A DNA stretch of 64,000 bases from Dehalococcoidia bacterium (GCA_965249115.1 CBDFLI010000002.1:2106636-2170635); one strand, 5' to 3'. Counted from the first letter of the stretch, positions 49,430 through 59,212 are shown. Notes: a model not told the origin generated them from the letters alone. Translations and numbers: made by a program.

Positions 49430-49518
49430 CTGCTACGGCAAGTCTGATTGCCGTGACTTTCCAACATGTTGCTCAAACTAAGAACCCTTCCCTGCTCTGG
49501 GAAAAGTGTTCCTAAAGC

Positions 49519-50358
49519 TTAGCCCCGCGCCCTCCCGCGGCGCAGTCCCTTCTCCGTCCACCCCTGCGCCACGTCTATGCACCGCATGAACTCCACACCC
49601 GGGTGGGACATCATATACTGGATCATCCTCTCCAGGGCCATGATCCTTGCCAGGCGCCCGCTGGTGTAGGGGTGCATTGTGAGCATGAGAGCGCGCCCGT
49701 ACTTGTAGGCGCCGTCAAACTCCCACTGCCAGGCGTTGAACACCTCCTGAGGGCTGGCCAGGGGTCCCGTGCGGTTCATTATGGGGGCGTACACATAGTA
49801 TGGGACGTCGTCCAGGGACCAGTGGACAGGCAGTTCCAGTATGCGGCCCTTGGTCGCGTCGACGTAGTAGGGGATGTCGTTTCCCATGAGGCTGGAGTCG
49901 TAGATGAAACCCCGTTCCACCAGCAGGTCCAGGGAGTTTTCGCTCAACTCCCAGGAGGGTGACCTGTATCCCAGGGGTCGCTGGCCTGTGATGCCTTCCA
50001 ATATGCTGGAACCCTTGTCCAGGATATCGCCTTCGTCCTCGTCGGGTGTCAGGGAGCTGGGCGGCTCGTGCAGGTAGCCGTGATTGCCCACCTCGTGTCC
50101 CTGTCGCACTATGTAACGCACGTGGTCCGGATAGTGCTCCGCCACGTACCCCGGGACAAAGAAGCTGGACTTGATACGGTACTCGTCCAGAAGCCCCAGG
50201 ATGCGGTGCACACCCACATCAGGGCCAAACTGCCCCTGGGACATCATGCTGGGGTGTTTGAGCATCTCCGGGTTTCGCCTTACCGTACTGGCTATCCAGT
50301 CGAAGTCAAAGGTCAGCATTACAACGCATCGGGTCTTCCCCGGCCATAGTCCGGACAT
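49519..50358 (-). CDS. Polysaccharide deacetylase (CE4, PgdA/PuuE-like)
   Basis: MLTFDFD, FFVPG, NHGYLHE, GYRSPSW, YDSSLM, LTMHP. Confidence 0.9.
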   Translation of the reverse strand: MSGLWPGKTRCVVMLTFDFDWIASTVRRNPEMLKHPSMMSQGQFGPDVGVHRILGLLDEYRIKSSFFVPGYVAEHYPDHVRYIVRQGHEVGNHGYLHEPPSSLTPDEDEGDILDKGSSILEGITGQRPLGYRSPSWELSENSLDLLVERGFIYDSSLMGNDIPYYVDATKGRILELPVHWSLDDVPYYVYAPIMNRTGPLASPQEVFNAWQWEFDGAYKYGRALMLTMHPYTSGRLARIMALERMIQYMMSHPGVEFMRCIDVAQGWTEKGLRRGRARG

Positions 50359-50447
50359 CCTATTCCTCCTTGAGCTGGCTAGAGCCTCTGGTTGCGATCA
50401 TACCGACCCAGGTCCGACGACCTGAGCACATGCGGGCCCGATATACG

Positions 50448-51347
50448 CTACCTGACCTGTATGCTGGCCACTCCACCGTTAATATTCAGGTCAACCCTGT
50501 ACTGGGCCGTGTCGTAATCGGACGACTGGTTGTGGCCGTTGGTCTTGGGAAACCGCCCTTGGTCGATGCTGACGCTGGACAGAGCGGTGATGGTATCTAT
50601 TCTAGCCGCTACACCCCCGGGAACGGTCACTCTAAGGTCGGCGGCCCCGATGTTTATGGATGCGGATGTGAACTCCGTCCTGCCGGGGAGAAGCACCTCT
50701 ATGTCAGCCGCGCCTGCGTTCAGGTCCAGGTTGGTGACGTCCAGCAGTTCCAGGTCAAGGTCCATGTCGCTGGCGCCGGACTGAGCGATGAGCTTCACCG
50801 CGACACCCTGGGCAATCTTGATATCCCACTCGTTGCTTGTGGAGGGACGCCAGAACCCCCGGCTCACGTTTTCTATTACTAGGTCAACCCGGTCTCCGGA
50901 CCGGTCCAGCGTGTGGGTGGCGCCGCCTGAGGAGCCTGCGCCCCGGAACACCGCTTCCACAAGGTTGGGCGAGTTTGCCGGCAATTCCGCCAGTATGATT
51001 GTGCCTGCCCCAAACCTGATGGTAAGGTCAAGGGACCTGGCGTTGCCCAGCGGCTCCTTGAGCTCGGTTACGGTTTCACCGTCGTCCTGGTCGTATGTAA
51101 TCCAGGCCGCGCCTCCCACGGCGCCTACCAGCAGCAATGCCGCTATCGCGGAGGAGAGCAACGGCATACGCCGTCCCAGTAAGATGCCCACGCCAAGCAT
51201 GACCAGCAGCACCGGCCAAAAGCGCCAGATGTTCCACCAGATGCCCCAGGGCAGGACGTCCAGCATTTGCAGGAGCAGGACAACTCCCAAGACTATCAGC
51301 AGGATCCCGCCCACGGGCAAGCCCCTGCGCCTACGGGTCTCTGCCAC
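50448..51347 (-). CDS. LiaF-like membrane domain + DUF2154/toast-rack protein
   Basis: GGILLIVLGVVLLL...WRFWPVLLVMLG, then beta-helix repeats GAGTI/GASDM/GAADI. Confidence 0.82.
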   Translation of the reverse strand: MAETRRRRGLPVGGILLIVLGVVLLLQMLDVLPWGIWWNIWRFWPVLLVMLGVGILLGRRMPLLSSAIAALLLVGAVGGAAWITYDQDDGETVTELKEPLGNARSLDLTIRFGAGTIILAELPANSPNLVEAVFRGAGSSGGATHTLDRSGDRVDLVIENVSRGFWRPSTSNEWDIKIAQGVAVKLIAQSGASDMDLDLELLDVTNLDLNAGAADIEVLLPGRTEFTSASINIGAADLRVTVPGGVAARIDTITALSSVSIDQGRFPKTNGHNQSSDYDTAQYRVDLNINGGVASIQVR

Positions 51348-51350
51348 CGC

Positions 51351-51779
51351 CTACCTCCTCACCCGGTTCCAGACCAGGGACAGGCCGATTCCAACGATTA
51401 TCAGCGGCCACAGCAGGTCCCACCGCAGCCATCCAAAGAAGTCCAGTTGCTGGAACAAGAAGATCACGCCAATGGCTATGAGAATGCCACCTATGATGGT
51501 CCTGTTTCGCTGGGTCGAGGGCGAGAGGCCCGCAGGCAAGGAAGCGTCCGGCGTTTCCTCGGAAGAGGTCTCGCCGCTCCTTTCAGGCGCTTCCGGCATA
51601 ACCAGTGCCAGCGCTATGTAGGCGATTATCCCCAGGCCGCCGGCAAAGCAAAGCACTACTATGGCCACCCTAACCAGGACAGCGTCCAGTTCCAGGTACT
51701 CGGCCAGGCCCCCGGCAACACCGAAAAGCATCCTATCGGTCCTGCTCTTTTGGAGTTTTCTGGGTTGCGTTTCCGCCAT
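51351..51779 (-). CDS. PspC-domain protein with LiaF-like TM
   Basis: KSRTDRMLFGVAGGLAEYL...LVRV...YIALALVMP; C-terminal LWPLIIVGIG. Confidence 0.9.
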   Translation of the reverse strand: MAETQPRKLQKSRTDRMLFGVAGGLAEYLELDAVLVRVAIVVLCFAGGLGIIAYIALALVMPEAPERSGETSSEETPDASLPAGLSPSTQRNRTIIGGILIAIGVIFLFQQLDFFGWLRWDLLWPLIIVGIGLSLVWNRVRR

Positions 51780-52030
51780 CTCAGTCCTCCCGTGCTAGCC
51801 GGCTGTGAAGTTGGGCGTCAGGGGTTCCGGGGCCAGTGTACCATTTTTATGCCACCGGAACGGATTTAACGTGACTACGGGTCGCACGCGGGACAGATGC
51901 CGTACAATAGCTGACCAACGGCCCCATTATCATCGCCAGTCGCAGCTAACCGGTGAAATTGGGTACATTTGTACCTGGCGGTATCTCAACTAATGGGGCA
52001 TCATTCAGCCTATCAATGTGGAGGTCTAGT

Positions 52031-52948
52031 ATGAGACCTAGGGTCGCCTGGCTCCGCTGGTTGGTGCCTACCGTAGCGGTGCTGCTCGTCGTCATGTATG
52101 GCGCCGTATCCTGGTACCTGGCCTACCAGGTGACCGTGGCCGAGCGTAAAGAGTTGGAGGCCGCCCCAGAAGATTTTGGCCTCGACTACGAGCTTGTGGA
52201 GTTCCCGTCGCGCCTTGACGACGTGACGCTGACCGGGTGGTATATGCCCGTGTCCAACCCCCAGGCCACCATAATCATCTCCCACGGTATCAACGGCAAC
52301 CGTGCCGATACCGGCATCGGTCTGCTGGAGATAGCCATGGACATGGGTGAACGCGGCTTCAGCACCCTTCTTCTGGACCTGCGCGGGCACGGCGAGTCGG
52401 GGGGCACCCGGGTGTCCGGCGGGTACTTCGAGCGGTACGACGTCCTGGGAGCCTTCGACTTCCTGGTGGACCGGGGCGTGCCCCCGGACAAGATGGGCCT
52501 GCAGGGGTACTCAATGGGAGGAGGTATCGTGCTGCTGGCGGCGGCAGAGGAGCCTCGTATGCAGGCGGTGGTGGCAGATAGCCCCTTTTCCAACGTGGCG
52601 GACCTGCTTGTGGAGGAGGTGAAGAACCGTACCGATGCCCCAGGATGGGCGGTCCCGGTGCTGGTGCCCGGGATAACCCTGGCTGCCGACCTGTTCTACG
52701 GAATAGAACTGGGGGTGTTGACGCCCATCAACGTTGTGAAGGGACTGGAATACCCCGTCCTCCTTATCCACGGCACAGCGGACGACCGGATCCCGGCATA
52801 CCACTCGCAGCGCATGGAGCAGGCGTCAACCCATCCGGACACGGAGCTGTGGCTGGTTGAGGGCGTTGAGCACGTCAAGTCGTACCGCGCCGGACCTGAG
52901 GAGTACATAGACCGCGTGACGACGTATTTTGAGGGAAGGTTGAGGTAG
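52031..52948 (+). CDS. Alpha/beta hydrolase with N-terminal membrane anchor
   Basis: HGING, DLRGHGESGG, nucleophile GYSMGG, IHGTADD, GVEH. Confidence 0.9.
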   Translation: MRPRVAWLRWLVPTVAVLLVVMYGAVSWYLAYQVTVAERKELEAAPEDFGLDYELVEFPSRLDDVTLTGWYMPVSNPQATIIISHGINGNRADTGIGLLEIAMDMGERGFSTLLLDLRGHGESGGTRVSGGYFERYDVLGAFDFLVDRGVPPDKMGLQGYSMGGGIVLLAAAEEPRMQAVVADSPFSNVADLLVEEVKNRTDAPGWAVPVLVPGITLAADLFYGIELGVLTPINVVKGLEYPVLLIHGTADDRIPAYHSQRMEQASTHPDTELWLVEGVEHVKSYRAGPEEYIDRVTTYFEGRLR

Positions 52949-52973
52949 GTACTAAATATCTGCCGTCCAGTTC

Positions 52974-54671
52974 CTACTCCGCCAACATTCCCCTCACCGT
53001 TTCCACCACTTCACCCGTGTTCACCAGCCGGGCCTTCTCCTCACGGCGTCCCTTTACCTCCACGGCTCCCTGCTCCAGGTTGCGTGGCGACATCACCAGG
53101 CGCACCGGCAGCCCCAGCAGGTCGGCGTCGTTGAACTTTACGCCAGCCGTCTCTTCGCGGTCGTCGTACAGCACCTCCAGGCCCTCGCCTTGTAATAGGT
53201 CATACAGGTCATCCGACGCCTTGCTCACCTGGGCGTCCTCCGGCTTCAGCGACACCAGGTGCACCTGGTGTGGCGCGATGGGCGTCGGGAAGATGATACC
53301 CTTGTCGTCGTGGTTCTGCTCAATTGCCCCCGCCAGCAACCTGCCAACGCCTATTCCGTAGCAGCCCATGATGATGGGCCGTTGCTGGCCCTGGTCGTCC
53401 AGGTACCCCGCGTCCAGGCGGTCGGAGTAGAAGGTGCCCAGCTTGAAGATGTGCCCAACTTCAATGCCCCGGATGGCCTGTAGCGGCTCGCCGCACCGCG
53501 GACAGGCGTACCCCTCCTTCGCCAGGGCTATGTCCGCCACCATGTCGGCCTGGAAATCCCTGGGATGGTTGGCGTTACGCAGGTGGTAGCCGTCCTTGTT
53601 GGCCCCCACCACGAAGTTGGCGCCGCTGTTGATGGACTCGTCCGCGACGATGGTTATGCCCTTCAGTCCCACCGGGGACGCCGACCCCGCCACCAGCCCG
53701 GCCTGCGACACCTCCTCGTCCGTGGCCAGGCGCAGCTCCAAAGCGTGCAACAGGTTACCCAGCTTTATCTCGTTCACCTCAATGTCGCCCCGGACCACCA
53801 CGAATACCACCTTCCCGTCAACGTAGTAGAATACCGCTTTCAGGGTCGTGTCCTTGGGCACACCCAGGAATTCAGCGACCTCCGCTATGCTCTTGACCCC
53901 GGGTGTCGCCTCCTCCTCCAGAGGCAACTCCGCCTCTTCGGGCACCGGTGGCAACGTGAATGTCGCACGCTCGGCGTTGGCCGCATACCCGCATTTGGGT
54001 GAGTGGAGTACCGTGTCCTCGCCGGAGCCGGCGGGCAGGATGAACTCCTGGGAGTCCTTCCCGCCTATGGCCCCGCTGTCGGCCTCGACGACCAGGGTCG
54101 GCAGGCCGCAGCGCTGAAAAATGTTGCGGTAAGCCTGCTCCATGCTCTGGTACGACAGCGCAAGTCCTTCTTCGTCGGCGTCAAAGGAGTAGGCGTCCTT
54201 CATGGTGAACTCGCGGCCCCTTATCAGGCCGGCCCGGGGCCGTGTCTCGTCCCTGAACTTGGTCTGTATCTGATAGAGCGTCAGGGGCAGGTCCCGGTAT
54301 GAACCCACGTGGGCCTTGACCATCTGCGTTATGACCTCTTCATGGGTTGGCGCCAGCACCATCTCCCGGCCCCGCCTGTCTTTCAGGTGGAACAGGGTCT
54401 GTCCAAGGGCGGCGTCCCGACCCGTCTCCTGCCATATCTCCAGGGGGTGCAGCGCCGGCATGTGCACCTCCTGGCCGCCCGCTGCGTCCATCTCCTCGCG
54501 GATTATCTGTTCGATCTTCCTCAACGACCGGTACGCCAAGGGCATGTAGGCATAGACTCCGGCGGCGACCTGGTGTATCAGCCCGGCCTTGAGCATCAAC
54601 CGGTGGCTGGCCGTCTCCACCTCCGCGGGGTCCTGCCGCAGCGTCTTCCCGAACATCTTTGATACGCGCAT
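52974..54671 (-). CDS. proS: Prolyl-tRNA synthetase (bacterial type with INS editing domain)
   Basis: LAPTHEE, QTKFRDETRPRAGLIRGREFTMKDAYSF, GIEVGHIFKLG, MGCYGIG, GVKFNDADLLG. Confidence 0.98.
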   Translation of the reverse strand: MRVSKMFGKTLRQDPAEVETASHRLMLKAGLIHQVAAGVYAYMPLAYRSLRKIEQIIREEMDAAGGQEVHMPALHPLEIWQETGRDAALGQTLFHLKDRRGREMVLAPTHEEVITQMVKAHVGSYRDLPLTLYQIQTKFRDETRPRAGLIRGREFTMKDAYSFDADEEGLALSYQSMEQAYRNIFQRCGLPTLVVEADSGAIGGKDSQEFILPAGSGEDTVLHSPKCGYAANAERATFTLPPVPEEAELPLEEEATPGVKSIAEVAEFLGVPKDTTLKAVFYYVDGKVVFVVVRGDIEVNEIKLGNLLHALELRLATDEEVSQAGLVAGSASPVGLKGITIVADESINSGANFVVGANKDGYHLRNANHPRDFQADMVADIALAKEGYACPRCGEPLQAIRGIEVGHIFKLGTFYSDRLDAGYLDDQGQQRPIIMGCYGIGVGRLLAGAIEQNHDDKGIIFPTPIAPHQVHLVSLKPEDAQVSKASDDLYDLLQGEGLEVLYDDREETAGVKFNDADLLGLPVRLVMSPRNLEQGAVEVKGRREEKARLVNTGEVVETVRGMLAE

Positions 54672-54773
54672 TCTGAGTGTCCTGGGCTATGAAAAGATGC
54701 GGCTATTGTAGCGTGAACCTTATGATAGTGCACCGCCTAAACCCCACCTATGTCATTCTTGTATCTTCCCCCT

Positions 54774-54935
54774 GTCATTCTGAACCAAAGCCCTAAGAGT
54801 AGCGAAGGGGAAGTGAAGAATCTGGAGTGGGGCCATCGTTTGTTTAGAATGACCTCAGGTGATTAAACCCGTTCGTGGTGAGCGGCTGTGGCCCCCCCCC
54901 CGTTCGTGGTGAGCTTGTCGAACCATACGAACGGG
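54774..54935. repeat. Cluster of REP-like palindromic elements
   Basis: GTCATTCT...GAAGAATCT...AGAATGAC element (54774-54853); truncated CCCGTTCGTGGTGAGC copy, then CCCGTTCGT-GGTGAGCTTGTCGAACCAT-ACGAACGGG (54899-54935). Confidence 0.7.
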
Positions 54936-55020
54936 TTACTGTTGCATCTGGCTCCGTCTCTCTCTCTTGGCTCCCAGGGACCAACAGTCCGTGGCGTCAT
55001 TGATATAGTCCCCGGCTGAC

Positions 55021-55362
55021 CTATGGCGTAATGGTGTCCAGTTTTTCCTGAAGCTGGTCACTGAACTCCTTGAGTTGAGGTTGCAGCGACTCGGCGTAGG
55101 CGGCCATCGCCTGGCGTTGCTCCTCCGCTTTCTCGTAGTCGGGGTTCTCCAAGTGGGCCATCATGCCGTCGATAATTGAGGTGTAGCCCGAAAGGAACAT
55201 ATCCGCTGCCTCCTCGGCTGCTTCTACGTTGGACTGTTCGGCCTGGATAGGGTCAACTTCAAGGTCACTTGCTTCGCCGTCAAGGGTGGGGAAGCCCCCC
55301 AGGATACCCACAAGAAAGGCCAGGACCAGGGAGATTATGCATGTTGGGAGAAGAAAGCTCAT
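55021..55362 (-). CDS. Hypothetical acidic protein with N-terminal TM/signal
   Basis: Hydrophobic N-terminus followed by an E/Q/A-rich helical region. Confidence 0.45.
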   Translation of the reverse strand: MSFLLPTCIISLVLAFLVGILGGFPTLDGEASDLEVDPIQAEQSNVEAAEEAADMFLSGYTSIIDGMMAHLENPDYEKAEEQRQAMAAYAESLQPQLKEFSDQLQEKLDTITP

Positions 55363-55478
55363 TGTTCGTTACCACCTTTTTTGGACTGCACTTGATTCAA
55401 ATACAGCGTACGAAAACGGTGGTTTTCCCTGTAGGGAGTAACGGTCCTCATGGGACGGGCGTTAGTAACCTAATAGGC

Positions 55479-55515
55479 AGGGCCGAAAGACTCTGCACTA
55501 GGGTCTTTCGGCCCT
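55479..55515. other. Perfect 13-bp hairpin without T tract
   Basis: AGGGCCGAAAGAC / GTCTTTCGGCCCT. Confidence 0.5.
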
Positions 55516-55650
55516 CCTGGCCTCTAACCAAATCGGCGGTAGGGCAATAGGCCCAACTGCCGGTTAGGCAATATAGGCATATATTGGTGTCGGGACCCGT
55601 GTTATTGGGTACGGCACGGTTACTCGACTGCTTGCCCCGGACCAGGACAG

Positions 55651-56157
55651 CTAGTCCTTGGGCTTGCCGTACAGCCTATCGGCCACCTTTTGCAGCTTCT
55701 CCATCTCTCGGGGCGTCAGCGTGAACAGATTTGAGTTTGACTCCGGCGGCGCCATAAGCACACCCAGCAACTCCGGGTCAACGATCTTATGCCCTGCGGC
55801 CGCCAGAGAGAGCATCCTGCCAAGCTGCTCTATTGTGGTTACCGTATCTCCAAGAAGATAGGCGTAGCCCGCCGAGCCCCCACGAGAGAATGCACGTAGC
55901 GCCTCGATTCCCTTGGGGTCATAGCGCTCGAAGAGAAGGACAATGGCCACCTCCGGGTTCGTTTTCCGGATGACCTTCATCTTCTCCACGGTGTCGGTCT
56001 CAAGGACCTCAACACCCAGCAGGACCACGTCTGGCACAGCTTCCAGGACCCCACTCCTTAGTGACTCGAGACTGCTCCCGGTAACACCAGAGATGTCCAG
56101 GTCATCTGATTCTGCAAAACACGCCTTGTACAGATCAATCTCATCGGCTCGTTGCAT
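55651..56157 (-). CDS. Atypical (pseudo-)receiver protein with truncated LuxR HTH
   Basis: PDVVLLGV (Gly at the phospho-Asp position), AGYAYLL, IVDPELL, LTPREME then early stop; RBS GAGGAGG. Confidence 0.65.
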   Translation of the reverse strand: MQRADEIDLYKACFAESDDLDISGVTGSSLESLRSGVLEAVPDVVLLGVEVLETDTVEKMKVIRKTNPEVAIVLLFERYDPKGIEALRAFSRGGSAGYAYLLGDTVTTIEQLGRMLSLAAAGHKIVDPELLGVLMAPPESNSNLFTLTPREMEKLQKVADRLYGKPKD

Positions 56158-56726
56158 CAAATTCCTCCTCGGTATGTTTTTCATCAGCGGGGCTGCTGAT
56201 CTTGACTTGATAATACGAAGGTAGGTGGACGACGCAACAGAGCGCAAAGGCCGTGTTTGAGCGCCCCCGGAAGACCCTGGCAAAGGAGCAAAAGGCCGCT
56301 GCCTCACAGGCCATTGGACTCTTGACTGGTGGGACTGTTTTGTGCGCGTAGCCACTGGCAGGCAACTCCCCTGAGAAGGATTTCAAGGCACGCTATAGCC
56401 AGCAGACCTCACTCAACTGTGGTCTATTCATCACAGTGTCACGGCGACGGTGCGGGTTATCTCTCAGATGATTACATGCTAGCCCTAGAGCGTGCTCAAT
56501 CTTAGGCTGGTATGGTTTCAGGTAGTGTGGAGTGCGCTCCAATTCCCTCTTGGCCTCTTGGAGCACACGTACTTACGTTAGAAAAGTAGCTGTTGGACAT
56601 TAGGGTAGGAGGCCCGCGTTGGCGAAATGTCAGTGGTGGGTGGACCCTCAGCAACCCTTCCGGATAACCCTCTGCCTAAACAACCGTCCCGTAGGTACTT
56701 CGTAAATCAACAACGGTCCGCGAGGT

Positions 56727-57095
56727 GTGATGAAAACGATTCTCATTGCCGACGATGAAGAGGCAATCAGAGCGCTGGTGATTGCAACGTTAGGGAATAG
56801 CGACGCCTTTTCCCTGCTAACAGCCGGCGACGGAGAAACGGCGATTCAGCTTATCCGGAAGACCGTCCCGGACCTGGTTTTCCTGGATGTAATGATGCCT
56901 GGACGCAACGGGCTTGAGGTATGCCGGGAGATAAAGAGCGACCCGGCGCTCAAGCATATCAAAGTCGTTATGCTGACCGCTCTTGATGCCGAGGAGGACC
57001 GGCAAAGGGCGATGGACGCCGGGGCCAGTGACTATTTCACCAAGCCTTTCAGCCCAACAAAGCTGTTGCAGAAGGTCCGTGAGCTTTTGCCGTGA
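56727..57095 (+). CDS. Single-domain response regulator
   Basis: ILIADDE, PDLVFLDVMMPG, VMLTA, YFTKPFSP. Confidence 0.93.
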   Translation: MMKTILIADDEEAIRALVIATLGNSDAFSLLTAGDGETAIQLIRKTVPDLVFLDVMMPGRNGLEVCREIKSDPALKHIKVVMLTALDAEEDRQRAMDAGASDYFTKPFSPTKLLQKVRELLP

Positions 57096-57171
57096 GCGTT
57101 TAAATGAGTAGCAGTGGACCGCCCGTTCCGCACTACGTCGGGAGCGAGTCGTCAGGGCAGGGGAAGACGAA

Positions 57172-58557
57172 ATGAGCAGTGGCGTCACCCCGGTGAACGA
57201 CACAATAACGCGGACCTTTGATGACCTTGAACGGCGGCAACTGGAGATCTACGCCAGGGAGCTCCAGGAGCATTTTGACGAAGAACACCGTTTGCGGCAG
57301 GAGCTTGAAAAGCGCAATAGAAACCTGGAACAGCGGCTACGTGAAATCGCTGCAATAGAAGGAATGAATAAGACCATATGGCGACAGAACGAGAAACTTT
57401 CTCAAATTCACTCGCTGGCGCCGGCCACACACAACCAGACAGGGGACGCGGTTGCGGAGCTGTCCCTTACCCTGGTGTTGCAAAGAATAGTTGACCTGAG
57501 CCGCGATCTGGTGCCGGCGATGCACGGCGGCCTGATGATAGTGGACAACGGAAGGCGGTCATCCTTCGTCACATCCGGGCTCAACCCCACGGAGAAGTCG
57601 GCTTTGGAGGCCTATCTCAGGGACAGCGGAATTTCTGGGATCCTGGGCAATGAACTGAAGCCTACAGCGCAAATAGAAAGAGGCTCACCCCCTCGGGACA
57701 ACGAGACTCCATCGGACAAATTCCAAGTAACCGGTTTGCTGGGTATACCGGTGATTAACAGGGGCAAACACCTGGGGAACCTGTATCTCCTGAACAAGCC
57801 GGGTGACGATCCGTTCACCCAGGAAGAGTCAAGTCTGATGTCCATGTTTGCCACACAGGCGGCGGTGGCCATAGAGAACGCTCAAAACTACCGAAATATC
57901 CAGGTCCAGTCCATTGTGGAGGAGCGGGACCGTATAGGGAGAGACCTGCACGACAATACCATCCAGTCTCTCTACGCCCTGGGGTTGGAGATGGAAGACT
58001 GCGCCGAGGTTGCCGTTGACACGCCCCGGGAAGTCCAGACCCGTTTGCGACGGTCTGTGGGCAGGATCAATGAAGTTATCTCCAGTATCAGGACCTACGT
58101 GCTGGACCTGCGGCCCGATGACCTGGCCGAACGGAAGCTCCATGAGCATATGGAAGAGTTGGTGGAAAGTTTCAAGGGCGCTGGGATTTCCCGGCTTGAA
58201 CTGCTTTGGGACGTGCAGCAGGCTTTGGTCCTTTCTCCCAATCAGATATCTCACTTCATAGCCATAGCAAGAGAGGGGCTGGCCAACGTTGTGAAGCACG
58301 CCGGAGCCACCTCCGCCGTCCTCGGCTTCTCGACCGACGGCACATATTTTAAGCTATGGATAGAAGACAACGGCGTCGGGTTCGATACCAGGGCATCTGT
58401 TGGCAACCGGCACCAGGGGCTCAGGAACATACATGATAGAGTCCAAGCCCTTGGAGGGACCCTTCAGGTCCAAAGCAGGCCCGGGCAAATGACACGGCTG
58501 GATATAACCGCGCCCATTGGGCGTCACGCTCCGGTAACCGTCAGGAGTGGGCAATGA
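57172..58557 (+). CDS. Cytoplasmic GAF + HisKA_3 sensor kinase (DosS/NarX class)
   Basis: N-terminal coiled coil, GAF (GNLYL...FATQAAVAIENA), ERDRIGRDLHD, EGLANVVKHA, DNGVGF, GLRNIHDR. Confidence 0.92.
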   Translation: MSSGVTPVNDTITRTFDDLERRQLEIYARELQEHFDEEHRLRQELEKRNRNLEQRLREIAAIEGMNKTIWRQNEKLSQIHSLAPATHNQTGDAVAELSLTLVLQRIVDLSRDLVPAMHGGLMIVDNGRRSSFVTSGLNPTEKSALEAYLRDSGISGILGNELKPTAQIERGSPPRDNETPSDKFQVTGLLGIPVINRGKHLGNLYLLNKPGDDPFTQEESSLMSMFATQAAVAIENAQNYRNIQVQSIVEERDRIGRDLHDNTIQSLYALGLEMEDCAEVAVDTPREVQTRLRRSVGRINEVISSIRTYVLDLRPDDLAERKLHEHMEELVESFKGAGISRLELLWDVQQALVLSPNQISHFIAIAREGLANVVKHAGATSAVLGFSTDGTYFKLWIEDNGVGFDTRASVGNRHQGLRNIHDRVQALGGTLQVQSRPGQMTRLDITAPIGRHAPVTVRSGQ

Positions 58558-59198
58558 GGATATTGATAGTCGATGACCATGAAATTGTGCGTAACGGGCT
58601 GACCCTTCTCTTCAATCGGCAGAAGGGCTTTGACATTGTTGGCGAGGCTGGCTCGGTTTCCGAAGCGGTCCGGGTGGCCGCGGCTACCTCCCCGGACCTC
58701 GTGATAATGGACGTAAGGCTCCCCGACGGCACCGGGATTGAGGCGTGCCGGGATATCAGGTCGGCTAATCCCGAGACCAAAGTCGTGATGCTCACGTCCT
58801 ACTCGGACGATAAAGCGCTGTTTGACTCCATCATGGCGGGTGCCAGCGCCTACTTCCTCAAGCAGGTGGAAAGCAAAGCACTGGTCGCCGCCGTACAGCG
58901 GGTTGCCAACGGAGAGTCCCTCCTTGATCCGGCCGTTACGCAAAGGGTCCTCAACAAGGTGAAAGTCCTCATTTCAGACCCTTCTGCCGACAAACAGTCC
59001 GGACCCTCCCCCCAGGAGCAGGAAGTCCTGGCCCTCATCGCGGAGGGAAAGACCAACCGAGAGATCGGTCAGGAGATGTACCTCAGCGAGAAGACGGTCA
59101 AGAACTACGTGAGCAACATCCTGGACAAATTCAACCTGAGCAGGCGCTCCGAAGCGGCGGCCTACTACGTCAGGTCACAGGTTGGGGACAAGTCCTAA
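58554..59198 (+). CDS. NarL/DevR-type response regulator (REC + LuxR HTH)
   Basis: IVDDHEIVR, MDVRLPDG, MLTSY, LKQ, GKTNREIG...LSEKTVKNYVSNI; ATGA overlap with the kinase. Confidence 0.95.
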   Translation: MRILIVDDHEIVRNGLTLLFNRQKGFDIVGEAGSVSEAVRVAAATSPDLVIMDVRLPDGTGIEACRDIRSANPETKVVMLTSYSDDKALFDSIMAGASAYFLKQVESKALVAAVQRVANGESLLDPAVTQRVLNKVKVLISDPSADKQSGPSPQEQEVLALIAEGKTNREIGQEMYLSEKTVKNYVSNILDKFNLSRRSEAAAYYVRSQVGDKS

Positions 59199-59212
59199 AG
59201 TCTTACGCTGAC
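59138..59212 (+). repeat. 75-bp direct repeat, copy 1 (3' end of the response-regulator gene)
   Basis: First 44 nt identical to 62161-62204; overall 3 substitutions + 1 indel versus 62161..62234. Confidence 0.9.

Noticed and set aside
55380-55560. Riboswitch (e.g. c-di-GMP) around the 13-bp hairpin
   Set aside because: The conserved GEMM or other aptamer motifs could not be matched; reported only as a hairpin.
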